A stretch of 64,000 nt of DNA, from contig JAGIQG010000013.1 of NCBI GenBank assembly GCA_024679065.1, positions 33,108,001 to 33,172,000 on the forward strand, given 5' to 3'. The notes beneath the pieces are model-generated. The model did not search any database, was not told where the DNA came from, and saw only the letters and a list, made by a program, of their open reading frames with translations. The first letter of the stretch is position 1. Each line of letters begins with the position of its first letter. This stretch comes from Sphyrna mokarran (Eukaryota). Of this stretch, positions 13,498 through 25,027 are shown in pieces. Made by a program: the position numbers and the translations under genes.

Positions 13498-14098
13498 TGT
13501 AATGGGAAAAAAGCCATAAAGATGGATACCTGGCATAAAAATAGCTGCTCGACACATGAAGATTAAAAGGCATGTATCAGCCACTGACTTTCAATGCAGA
13601 CAACTACTTGAAATTTAAACCACAGGACAGACAGTTACTTGAATTAAACATGCAGGGAACAAATGCTGCAGGAAGCTAGGCACCTTAAAAGATAAAAATA
13701 GTTCTGGGACATTGGGGTCTGATAGGGAGATAGCCACAAGTAGGTATAGGAATGCATAAATGCGGGGAAACCAATTACTGTATGAATAGACTGAAACTAA
13801 GTCATTGATAAAGAGGAAATGTATCCATTTATGGAACAATGTGATATTGAAATGATTCTGTCTGTGCCTGTCCATAATGATGTATTAAAAGATGTTCACC
13901 TATTTAATTACAACAATGTGTTAATAGTGTCCGGTCCACTTATTGTGTAAAGGATATAAAGATGGACTGCTCCTATTGTATCATTGAGAGAAGGTAGTAC
14001 TGTGAAGTGCTAGTGCCATTTCTCCACGAAGCTTTGTTAAATAAAACTGCATTGTTGCACCTCCTGTCTGACTCTGAAGTGGTAATTTTCCCACAACA
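13498..14098 (+). mobile_element. Solo LTR (601 bp), Gypsy-like
   Basis: Termini TGTAATGGGAAAA...TTTTCCCACAACA (imperfect 13-bp inverted repeat), 4-bp TSD AGAG, AATAAA near 14040. Confidence 0.85.
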
Positions 14099-14710
14099 AG
14101 AGTCAGTTGTAACCATGTCTACTGGAAGACAGCTGGATGGCAGAGCTCCAAAATGCCAGAAGTTGCATTAACTGTCCCATTTAGGCTCCTGAATCATTTC
14201 TACGGCGTCTTCGTGAGGGTACCCGAAGCACATGGACGACTCCCTCCTGTGTTTAAAATCAAGATCCTATAGCATCAATGCCATTTTTACTGAAAAAGTG
14301 ACAGCATCTTTCAATGCTGCAGCTATCTAATGGCACAAGGCAATTAATGCTGGAATTTAGATTTGGAAATGCTATTTACAGCGAAAGTCATCTGGAAGTA
14401 GTCAGGTAATGGAATCTGCTGTTCATCTAGCAGGGCTTTTGGGAGCATAATTTTTGGGTCATAAATTGCTTTGTATCTGCTATATTCTGCTTCAAAGCTT
14501 TCAGGAACCTCAGAAGAACACTACAGCATTCAACGTCGCTATCATCAAGGTTATCCTACTCTGCTTGGAGGAAGACAGGAAAAAACAGCAGCATAGATCA
14601 CAAAACCTCAAGGGCTGAGGAGATCCAGCAAGCAGTAAGTCCTATTGAAGGAGCCTGAAGATTTATGCAACAGCTTGACGTGCAGCACTGTGTCACTGCT
14701 CTTCACAGTA

Positions 14711-15020
14711 GGCAGCATAGTGGTTAGCACTGTTGCCTCACAGCACCAGGGATCTGGGTTCAATTCTGGCTTTGGTTGGCTATCTATGTGTAGTTTGCAC
14801 GTTCTCAATGTGACTGTATGGGTTTCCTTCCACAGTCAAAAATGTGCAGGTTGGTGGATTGTTCACGATAAATTTCCTTTAGTGACTCAAGATGTGTACG
14901 TAGGAGGATTAGTGGCAAATACATGGTATTATGAGGATAGAGCCTGAATGGGATATTCTGACAGTCAGTGCAGACATGATGGGCCAAATGGCCTCCTTCT
15001 GTACTATAGGGATTATATGG
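14711..15020 (+). mobile_element. HE1-like tRNA SINE
   Basis: Same head, body and tail as 5605-5922. Confidence 0.85.
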
Positions 15021-15861
15021 TTTTTGAAAGAGTTCACAACTTTTGGTATGTACATCCTGTGAGCTGTTACGGTCTCCAAGAAACAGCTTTCTGGTGTTCT
15101 TCTTTGAGACATTGGTCCAATAGAGTCATAGAGTAATAGAGCACGGAAATAGGGCCTCTGGCCCAACCCAATCATGCCGACCATGATGCCCTCCCAGGTA
15201 TTCCCAATTGCCTTTGTTTGGTCCTTACTGCTGCTCCACATTTTTCTTAAAACTACTTCTACATGCAGAAGAAAATATCAGTAATAAAATCAATGATGAT
15301 GAGAGTAAGATTTCCAAAGCTGAGAAGGCATTAAGCAGCTTCGGATAACTGACATGCAGGTTGAAATTTCCCTCACAAAACAAAATGTATAAATAAAATG
15401 TCATAATGAGTTGCAATTCAGTTCCCCTATTTTCACTTCAGTACATCTCTCAGTTTTACTGGAGGGTTTACCATGTGCAGTGTTCCTGCAATTTAGAGTA
15501 AACATCATATTATGGCATTAATTGGGTTGTGACATTTAATTTGTGTCCCTGCCTGCTTGTGAAAATAAAATATAGACTGTAGAAATGTAAGCTTAAGAAG
15601 TAAAATAATTAAGAAACATAAGTTGAAGATAAAGAAAGAATGCATAACAAAAAAAATTGTGAGAGTTGAATCAAAAATGAAAAAGAAGAAAATGAGGAAC
15701 AAATAGAGTGGCAATGAGAAACATGCAGGATGAATTGGAAAGTAGAAAACAAGGTCAGAAACAAATACAAGGAGAGACAACTTTTTGATTTTTTTCTGTG
15801 GGCAATGTCATAAAGTATTAACTGCCACTAATAATCTAATAAATCAATTCCAGTCTCTTAC

Positions 15862-15981
15862 TTTCAGAATGCTGACACTGAGGAGTCGTTGTCTGTGGCA
15901 GTTGAACATCATGTATTGGACAAGTTATCTTTGCCTCTGCTTCATAAGTACAGGTTGGGTTAAAGAGTCTGTTACAAGCAT
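15862..15981 (-). CDS. SPAG17: SPAG17 linker exon (120 nt, phase 1-1): DACNRLFNPTCTYEAEAKITCPIHDVQLPQTTTPQCQHSE
   Basis: tgtttgtcattag| acceptor, A|gtaaga donor; open frame; divergent member of the duplicated exon family. Confidence 0.8.
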
Positions 15982-16159
15982 CTAATGACAAACAGACACA
16001 GAAGTTTAAATGAAAATCTGAAAAAACGTACAAAGTGGCACACACAGTTAATCTATATCTGTAAACGGAATTCAATATGTCTAGATCAGAAATACCGATG
16101 GGTGACCGAATTAGCACATAGGAGAGGTTTTAACATCACTGTGACATAGAAAGAGGGCC

Positions 16160-16480
16160 TTTAGATAGGGTGGACAATGATAGCCTTTTTCCTCGGATGG
16201 AGAAAGCTAGCACGAGGGGACGTAACTTTAAATTAAGGGGTGGTAGTTATAGGACGGATGTCAGAGGCAGGTTCTTTACCCAGAGGGTGGTAAGGGTATA
16301 GAATGCCCTGCCTGCTGCAGTTATAGATGCACCAAGTTTGGGGGCGTTTAAGAGGTCAGTGGATAGGTTTAGGGATGAAAAGGGAATGGTTTAGGTTAGA
16401 GGGTCATTGCTTTTTCTTAATTGGTCGGCGCAACATCGAGGGCCGAAGGGCCTGTTCTGCGCTGTAATGTTCTATGTTCT
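16160..16480 (+). mobile_element. CR1/HER1 LINE 3' fragment
   Basis: Reverse-complement match to 21233-21555; (tgttcta)n tail. Confidence 0.88.
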
Positions 16481-16978
16481 ACGCTCAAGTAAACCTTGAA
16501 AGGAGGTCTGGAAAATTATGCAATTACAATTGGAGAAGGTAGATATCAGGATCAGGAGGTTAGAGGTCATGAACATGAACTCGAATGAACATAGTGAAAT
16601 CCCAGCACCATCCTTTAATAAATAAATGGTTGAGACAACACAATATGATACTTCTGGCTTTAAAATATTGCGAACAATTCCACAATTTGTTTGTATACAC
16701 TTTCTATTCTTTTCTTTCTTTTAGTTCCTTGGAACATTTAATGCACAAATGCACATTAAAGTTTATATTAGCAGTTTGTTTCCATAGTTACCTCAGTGGA
16801 TTCCCATTTTCCACTAACAAGATAACATTTCAAAAGTTAAAACAGAATAAAGAAAAACCTAGTCTTTTTTGAAAGGAATGACCTGGGCTGATGTAAACAG
16901 TGTAGTGAACACTATTATTTTTATATTTTCTCGTCAACAGTATGGTAGATTCACAAATAAGTTTAACAAAAAAATTAC

Positions 16979-17104
16979 CTAGAGGGGAATATTGATATCG
17001 AGAAATCTTTGCCTGTTGTCCTGTGTTGTCTGAACTTCTGAAGTTGCATGTGTCAGTCCCTACTGCATGAGTTGGCATTTGGTGTGTTGGTGTATAGGTA
17101 TCAT
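16979..17104 (-). CDS. SPAG17: SPAG17 linker exon (126 nt, phase 1-1): DTYTPTHQMPTHAVGTDTCNFRSSDNTGQQAKISRYQYSPL
   Basis: ctttattttgtcag| acceptor, G|gtaatt donor; open frame; member of the duplicated exon family. Confidence 0.8.
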
Positions 17105-18119
17105 CTGACAAAATAAAGAAAATGATGTTTATCTGTGAGAAACGACTGTTATCACGTAAATCTATTAGTTTGCAAAAATATACTATTCTTTTAAAAAGCA
17201 AATAGTTTTGCTTATCTTTTGTTCAAAGCTACTTATCTTTGCACCAGTCTTCCAGCAGATCATATCAATAAACCCATATGATTCACACTTGCTCCATTTC
17301 TTTGTTACTTCTAGATGACCCTTTTTCTTGTTAATCTGTCATCAGGAATATCCTTTATTCATTGACTTCATTAGCATCGTGCTGTCAGGCTGTTATTGAA
17401 ATCCACATAAATGCATGAAGTTGTAGCACTTACTCTAATTCTCCACTAACTATGCAGAAATCATTAAGGCTGGTGTGTTCAGGTCAAAGTATATTTTCAG
17501 CCTTCCTAGCACTGAAAAATTAATTTTACCAGTTTAGAGTTTCATTCATTTACTGTTGAGGATATAACCAAAATAATGATTTATTAAACTTTTTCTGTTA
17601 CTGTTATTTCTTGTTGGTCACCCCGTCTTTCTTTCTCATTTTTCATATTTTCTTTTCTATATATGATTTAAATCTGGTTTATTCTTCCTGATTTGTACTT
17701 CCTAGTTAGATTCAATAGGGCTAAGTTCAGTAGATGTTGAAAATGAGCACAGGGGTTATGATGATCAATTGACCAGTATTCATTCACTACAAGTTGCAAG
17801 CAAACTTTATGCTGTTGCCTGTTTTAAATGATTACAGATTTTAGCCAGTAGTATGAGCCTTATTGATTGGACGTGATTCGAGCAGGTGGCCATATTGTGA
17901 CTAGCTAGACCGAATAAAGCTAAAACAAACTGCTTAATGATAACCTGCAGCTTTTAAAGGGTGGCCCACTGTGTTTGGAACAGATGCTGACAGTTGTACA
18001 GGAACTGAAATAAAAAAAGGAAATGCCACAATTTCTGTTTTATATGAGATTTCTAGCATTTGCAGCGTTATGCTTTTGCACAAAATTAATTAGCCTGTGA
18101 ATTATTGAAAAAAGACACA

Positions 18120-18335
18120 ACATGAGAGTGGATTGTGATGCTACGCTTGAGGCCTTGGTAGAGAAGGTACAAAATAGGAGGTGGCTTTTTTCAGCAAGGG
18201 GAAAGGAAGCCCTCCAGTGGCATACTCAGGAGGCAATGGGAGCAATAGTCAAGGATGTCAATGTCAGAAGTCAAGAGCTGAGGACCTGGATGTAGTGTTG
18301 CAGGAAGTCCAATGATCTTACAAGTGGTCAAGATC
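18120..18335 (+). mobile_element. PIF/Harbinger Myb/SANT-like ORF remnant
   Basis: Degenerate D.TLEALVEKV..RR...QWEQ..V...RTWM.C..K.NDLT peptide. Confidence 0.6.
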
Positions 18336-18579
18336 AATATTTGCATCTTCAAATGCCATATCTTACCATATGTGAAACTAACCTCAGACATTGCTCATCA
18401 CATCCATCAATCTCTTGAAAGCAGCCGGGACCTGCCATTTATATTCTTTACCATACACTCATTGTTGAAAATCTAACATCTACATTTCACATAGCTTGCA
18501 CACAGTGAGGGTGATCTCAAGTACACTCCTGTCATTTACAGGAATGGTAGTGGGGCTCAAGATCCAGAAGTTGCAGATC

Positions 18580-19003
18580 TTAGAAGATCTTATGAGGAAA
18601 GGCTGAGGGGCTTGAGGTTATTTTCATTAGAGAGAAGAAGGTTAAGAGGTGACCTAATTGAGGCATACAAGATGATCAGAGGGTTAGATAGAGTGGACAG
18701 TGAGACCCTTTTTCCTTGGATGGTAATGGCTAACATGAGGGGACATAGATTTAAATTAAGAGGTGGTAGTTATAGGACAGACGTCAGAGGTAGGCTCTTC
18801 ACTCAGAGGGTAGTAAGGGCGTGGAATGCCCTGCCTGCAGCAGTTGTGGACTTGCCACCTTTAAGGGCGTTCAAATGGTCAGTGGATAAGCATATGGATA
18901 ACATTGGAATAGTTTAGGTTAGAGAGTCATTAGATTGGTTCCACTGGTTGGCGCAACATTGAGGGCCAAAGGGCCTATACTGTGCTGTAATGTTCTATGT
19001 TCT
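18580..19003 (+). mobile_element. CR1/HER1 LINE 3' fragment
   Basis: [30 protein letters not shown]...; (tgttcta)n tail. Confidence 0.9.
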
Positions 19004-19799
19004 AGATCTCACTTTTGTGGTAGGGGGAAAGGGAGAAGGGGCTGGTGATTGCAGGGAGCGGGAGGGAAGGCTGATAATTGGGGGTGGGAAGAAGCTGATG
19101 ATCGGGGGGAGGTGCATGCTGGCCTGACTGAGCTGAGGGAGCCCTAGAGTCCTCCATGGTGGGCTGGAAGAGATTTATTGCTGTTCTGATCAGACTATCC
19201 TCTAAAGATGCGATTCAATCTTAGCACAATCGGGCTTTGCCAGTGGGCTCAGGCCCTCTTGCATGATGGCATGAAACACAGCCCCCTGACTTTCTTTGAC
19301 TGTGTGTTGTAAGACCTGGAGAGAAAACTCACCTGTTTCTTTGGATAGAGACATGCTGGTTTTCTCACTGGAACCAATACACTACCATTTTTTGCCCGTT
19401 GTGGGCTATTCATCCATAACAGCCAGATCGCCTAAACAGATCGCATAACTTCACTGGCACACTTGTCTCTTTCTGGCATCATAAAGTCATACATAATCAA
19501 GATAGTCACAGCTAGCTGGGCAAACAGGCGACCTACATTGTTAATGCATGGAACAGAAGCAGACTTATACTTTTGGGGCCCCATACTTTGCCCCTGTGCT
19601 GGCCCCACCACGGCAACACACCCTGCCCAACCAGTTACATGGTGCATTGCCCCAGGTGATATCAAGCCTTGTCCACCAGTGATGTCATGTCCCATGCCAA
19701 ATACATCAAACCCTCACCTAATGATTTCAAACCCCATCCTCAAATGGCATCATTTCCCTCCTGACCTTGCCTAATCTCAGCTTATATGATACAAGCCAC

Positions 19800-20105
19800 T
19801 AAAGTACAGAAAAGTACACAAATTACTGCTTTGGTGTTTTCTAATTTACAAAAAACAAACCTGTAAATGATGAAGTCAAATCCACAATGTCATAGAAACC
19901 AAAAAAGTAAAAGTACACAAATCACTGCTCACTGCTTCGGCGTTTAGTAATTGATGAAAACAAGCCTGTAATTGCTAAACTCAAATTCAAAACTACAGTG
20001 CAAGCTGCAAAAATACACAAAAAATATACAAATGCCACATCACTCTTAACTGTTTTAGTGCTTTTTAACTGATGAAAACAAGCCTGTAATTAATCAATTG
20101 CAATC
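19800..20105. repeat. Degenerate tandem repeat, ~3 units of ~100-120 bp
   Basis: Recurrent aaagtacacaaat..ctgct...aaaacaa(a/g)cctgtaa blocks at ~19810, ~19910 and ~20010. Confidence 0.65.
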
Positions 20106-20887
20106 CAAGCTTGCTTGTTGTCAGCATGGTGGTACAGATGGCCAATGTCGTGATTTACGTGTCTAGAGGTGAGCAAACATGGAACTGGCCAATGGATAAT
20201 GAGATGGAGAAATCAGCCGATGATATGACTGTAGCACATGACAGGCCAGTGTAGAACGGCAGAAGTCAGAAAAAGTCCAGTGCAGGAGCAAATGCTACAG
20301 TCAAGTTGAATCCAGTCAGTCCAAGTCCAATATAAGTGGCTTAGCTGGCAACTATTTGGCAGAATTCTGTTCTTTGTCCAGAACAGACATTCTGAAGGCC
20401 AATACTGAGAGCAATGGGGACTGGTGGTTACACACCGGTTATAACTGTCTGCATGTGACATCCATGATATCAGACTAGCAAATGGTAGTCCTGTTTGAAA
20501 AACAGAATTTAAACAGTGGGAGATGGAAGGGGAACATATTTTTAAGATTGTCTTGCTTCACCAGTTGTTTGCAATCCATGGCAATTTAGACAGCTTTTCT
20601 TCTGCACTTTTTCTTCACACAATCATTGATAATATCATCATAAGTAAAATCATGAAAGGATTTTCAATTGTCAGTATTGCTGATCTTGTCAAATGTGCCT
20701 GACTCATCATACCTCACAGATTATTTTTAACTCTTTTTCAGAGTTTTTTCAGAGAAAGAATGCTGACTGGAAGCATTTGTGTATTAAGCATTAAGGCACA
20801 TAATTATTGATGAAAATATGAAGAAGAGATATATGTGTTCTCATCAACAGTATGATAGGTTCTCAAATAAATGATTAAATATGTTAC

Positions 20888-21013
20888 CTTCTATGGAATG
20901 TTGGTACTGAGAAGTTACTGTCTGTTGTATTGGATTGTCTGATCTTTTGAGGTTGCACACGTCTGTCCATGTTGCATAAGCTTGCACTGGACCTATTGAT
21001 ACGTTGTTAATAT
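20888..21013 (-). pseudogene. Duplicated SPAG17 exon (126 nt, frame open) with acceptor AG->AC; may be used as a 105-nt exon 20888-20992
   Basis: tttttgtcac| replaces tttgtcag|; intact G|gtaaca donor; peptide INNVSIGPVQAYATWTDVCNLKRSDNPIQQTVTSQYQHSIE is colinear with exon 16979-17104. Confidence 0.75.
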
Positions 21014-21232
21014 GTGACAAAAATAAAAATTGTTAGTGACATTTATCTGAGAAGAGACTGCTGTTAACTTGTAAATATAAACTGTTTTTTATGAAGTAAA
21101 TTATTTACTTATCCTTTATTCAAAGTTATTCATCTTTGTATCACAATTTTAGCAGATCATATGTATCAACATGAGTGATTCATGTGTGCCTGTAATTTTG
21201 CTGCTGCCTCAGGGTTTATACTTTTTTTTATT

Positions 21233-22878
21233 AGAACATAGAACATAGAACATTACAGCGCAGAAAAGGCCCTTCGGCCTTCGATGTTGCGCCGACCATT
21301 ATAAAAAGCAATGACCCTCCAAACTAAACCATTCCCTTCTCTTCCATAAACTTATCAACTAACCTCTTAAACGCCACCAAACTTGGCGCATCTACAACTG
21401 CCGCAGGCAGGGCATTCCACTCCCTAACCACCCTCTGGGTAAAGAACCTACCTCTGATATCCGTCCTATAACTATCACCCCTTAATTTAAAGCTGTGTCC
21501 CCTCGTGCTAGCTTTCTCCATCCTAGGAAAAAGGCTATCACTGTCCACCCTATCTAAACCTCTAATCATCTTATATGTTTCAATAAGGTCTCTCTTAGCC
21601 GCCTTCTTTCTAACGAAAACAACCTCAAATCCCTCAGCCTCTCTTCATAAGACCTGCCCTCCATACCAGGCAACATCCTGGTAAACCTCCTCTGTACCCT
21701 CTCCAATGCCTCCACATCTTTCTTATAATGTGGGGACCAGAACTGCACACAATACTCCAAGTGCGGCCGCACTAGAGTTTTGTACAGTTGCAACATGACG
21801 TTGCGGCTCCGAAATTCAATCCCCCACCAATAAAAGCTAAGACTCCATATGCCTTCTTAACAACCTTCTCGACTTGACTGCCTACTTTCAGGGATCTATG
21901 CACATACACACCAAGATCCCTCTGTTCATCAAGACTACTAAGAATCCTACCATTAGCCCTATACTCTACACATTTATTATTCCTGCCATAGTGCATTACC
22001 TCACACTTTTCCACATTAAACTCCATTTGCCACCTCTCGGCCCAGCTCTGCAACTTGTCCAAGTCTCTCTGCAAACTATAACACCCCTCTTCACTATCTA
22101 CCACTCCACGACTTTAGTGTCATCTGCAAATTTACTAATCCATCCTTCAATACCCTCATCCAGATCATTTATAAAAATTACAAACAGCAGGGGCCCCAAA
22201 ACAGACCCCTGAGGTACACCACTTGTAACCGAACTCCACGATGAATATCTCCCATCAACCACCACCCTCTGTCTTCTATCTGCTAGCCAATTCCTAAACC
22301 AATTAGCTAAATCACCCTCAATCCCATACATCTGCATTTTCTGCAGAAGCCTTCCATGGGCCACCTTATCAAACGCCTTACTAAAGTCCAATATACCACA
22401 TCAACCGCCTTACCCCCATCCACCTCTTTGGTCACTTTTTCAAAAAACTCAATAAGGTTAGTAAGGCACGACCTACCCTTCACAAAACCATGCTGACTAT
22501 CCCCAATCAATTCATTTCTCTCTAAATAACTATAAATCCTATCCCTAATAATTCTCTCCAATACTTTGCCCACAATAGAAGTAAGACTCACTGGCCCATA
22601 ATTCCCTGGAAGGTCTCTCTTCCCCTTCTTGAACAATGGGACCACATTCGCTATCCTCCAGTCTTCCGGAACCATACCCGTAACCAACGACGACCTGAAG
22701 ATCAGAGCCAGAGGCTCTGCAATCGCCTCTCTTGCCTCCCAGAGAATCCTAGGGTAAATCCTGTCCGGCCCAGGGGACTTATCCAACTTCAACCCTCAAG
22801 AATATCTAGCACATCCTCCCTATCTACTTCGACACTTTCCAGTTTGCAACCCTGTACCTCAGTGTTCTCCACAAGTAC
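21233..22878 (-). mobile_element. 5'-truncated, relatively young CR1/HER1 LINE (RT domain to 3' tail)
   Basis: Overlapping ORFs KSPGPD..., [30 protein letters not shown] broken mainly by frameshifts; (catagaa)n tail. Confidence 0.95.
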
Positions 22879-23199
22879 ATTAACTCTCTGTCAGAAGCAC
22901 TCTTTATTCATTGACTTTAATCTTTGATTATTTTTACTGCTAGCTGCTTTTTGTATCAAAATATTTCTGTTTTATCCAAATGTGACCATTATTCCTCATG
23001 CTATTTATTTCTTTCAGATGTTTTTATAAGTGTGGGCTGGGAGACTCTGCTCCTGTTGCATTGGTCAGATTTGGAGACGGGAGCAAAAATATCACAAGAA
23101 GTGCAAAGTCATAGATTACATCAATGTGAAAGCATGACATGATTGTTCCTCTCCCCTCATCAGCATTGGGGCACTTTTCCTAATGTTCAAAGCTGGGAG

Positions 23200-23400
23200 C
23201 ATCATTGTAATAAATGAGCATATTATCAGGCACATACTCCAGAAGCCTTTCCCCCACATCAAAAAAATCCAGCTGTGGTGGTGTGAAACACAACTGGTCT
23301 TCAAAAAGTGTTCAACTGGCATGCAGTATTCCCAGATAAGCTCAAGTGATGCAGCACTTGGGGAAAGTGGGTCATACACAGGTAGTGTATCTGTGGCTAT
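23200..23400 (+). mobile_element. Possible Harbinger transposase (HARBI1-like) remnant
   Basis: Highly degenerate trace of the 'SINVQLVCD...FPGS.HDA' region. Confidence 0.35.
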
Positions 23401-23907
23401 TTGCCCGTTCCTAATTTTTCATTTATGCATAGATATAATTAGATTTTTGACTTTGCATCTATTTGGTGGCAAAAATGGATGGTAACATTATGAGAATGTT
23501 TGGGATTCCCAGATGCTCTTGGGAAGTCACACCCAAGCAGCTCAAAAGGTTTGGGAAACCCTATATTAAATGATTAAATTTATGACTTTTTAACCTGATG
23601 CTCATTTCAAGTAACTTACATGTTTAAATTTGACTGAACATTTTACTGCTCATTTCTACCTGACTTTTTAATGTTTCTGTTTAAATTTCTAACTTGTTAA
23701 CATGATTCTAATCAAATTTATGATTTAAAAAATCTTCACATACTTCTAAAAATAACTATCACCAAAATATTTTGAAAAAAACTTTTTGTGGGGTGCCTCT
23801 TTTCTGCCCTGTCATTTTGGATTCTGTGGTTATGGCATCTCTTTACTGCACTATGCACTTGGTCCTTTATACTCACACAGAACATGGCAGATCTATGCTA
23901 GGGCCCA

Positions 23908-24040
23908 CATAGAATCGGACAGTGCAGAAGGAGGCTATTTGGCTCATTGAGTCTGCACTGACCACAATCTCACCCAGGCCCTATCCCCATAACTGAGTTA
24001 GTCCCTCTGACACTAAGGGTCAATTTAGCATGAGCCTGCA
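23908..24040 (-). mobile_element. HE1-like SINE 3' fragment
   Basis: Matches the tail part of 42888-43198. Confidence 0.7.
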
Positions 24041-24949
24041 CATCGCTGATGAAATAATCTGCCTTCCCAGTGAGATTTTTGGTAGGAGATTCACATTAAG
24101 TGGTTGTACTTTACCAGCCCCCCGGGATGGATTTGGAGGTGGGACAGCCTGTAAAATGGAAAAGGAAGTGGGATTGAAGTGGTGGAGTGCCTGTCATCTT
24201 CCCATTGCCACAACATTTTACTAGCAGTGAGGAAGTTGGAGGATGGTCATTCCAACAAGCGGTCAACTGAGCCACTTAGGTTGCCAGTTATGGACCACTC
24301 TGTGCTGTCAAAGCATTTTACCAGTGGTGTGAATCTTTTATTGCATTGGAAGACCATCTTGTCAATCTTTGTGGTCTCCCAGCAGACCTGTGATGATGGT
24401 GAGAAGGAGAAACTTCCTACGTCATTCTTTGGCCATGGAGGGATCCCTCAAGAGGAATGGCATCCCTTGAGGCATTAGGACTATTTGCTTTCACCAAGCA
24501 CCTAGTTTGCTTGGCTGGGCCTGCCTGACTGCCAACATATGCCAAGACCCATTTTCCTGGTTGGGCAGGCAGCAACTTTCCAGGATGCCCTCTTCTTCTG
24601 ATTGTCTGGCACCTCCTATAGTCTTTTATAGGGGGTAGTAGCCCTGAAGGTAACCAGTTAGTTGCCTGACCATCAGAAAGTGCAGTTGTGGGTGCCACTG
24701 TTAGCATGGATTAATCAACCTAAGCTCTATGGCCCATCGTGGGGCACTGCCTCCTGAGAATAAAATTCAGCCCAGTAAGCGGGCACTTTAGGTCGAGGAC
24801 AATTGTCACTTTGCTGCTGACCACAAGCAAAGAAAGAATCAAGACTTAACACACATGGTTAATGGTGAAAATGTGAACAGTCAGTTGCAAAAATCTTATG
24901 CATTCTTATTAATATTGTGGATTCCCAAATAAATTATTAAACATATTAT

Positions 24950-25027
24950 CTTCTGTGGAATGCTGAGACTGAGAGATGACTGCTTGTTGTGTTGCATTTG
25001 TTCGTATTTTGAGGCTGTTACCAACAT
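24950..25027 (-). pseudogene. Duplicated SPAG17 pseudo-exon (78 nt): DVGNSLKIRTNATQQAVISQSQHSTE; donor GT mutated to AT
   Basis: Intact ttattttgttag| acceptor; GAAG|ataat where the 20888 paralogue has GAAG|gtaac; flanking intron homologous to the 17104 and 21013 copies. Confidence 0.75.

Noticed and set aside
20213-20492. Minus-strand open frame after a good ttttcaaacag acceptor
   Set aside because: Runs to a stop with no convincing donor; Trp/Cys-rich peptide unlike SPAG17; adjoins repeat sequence.
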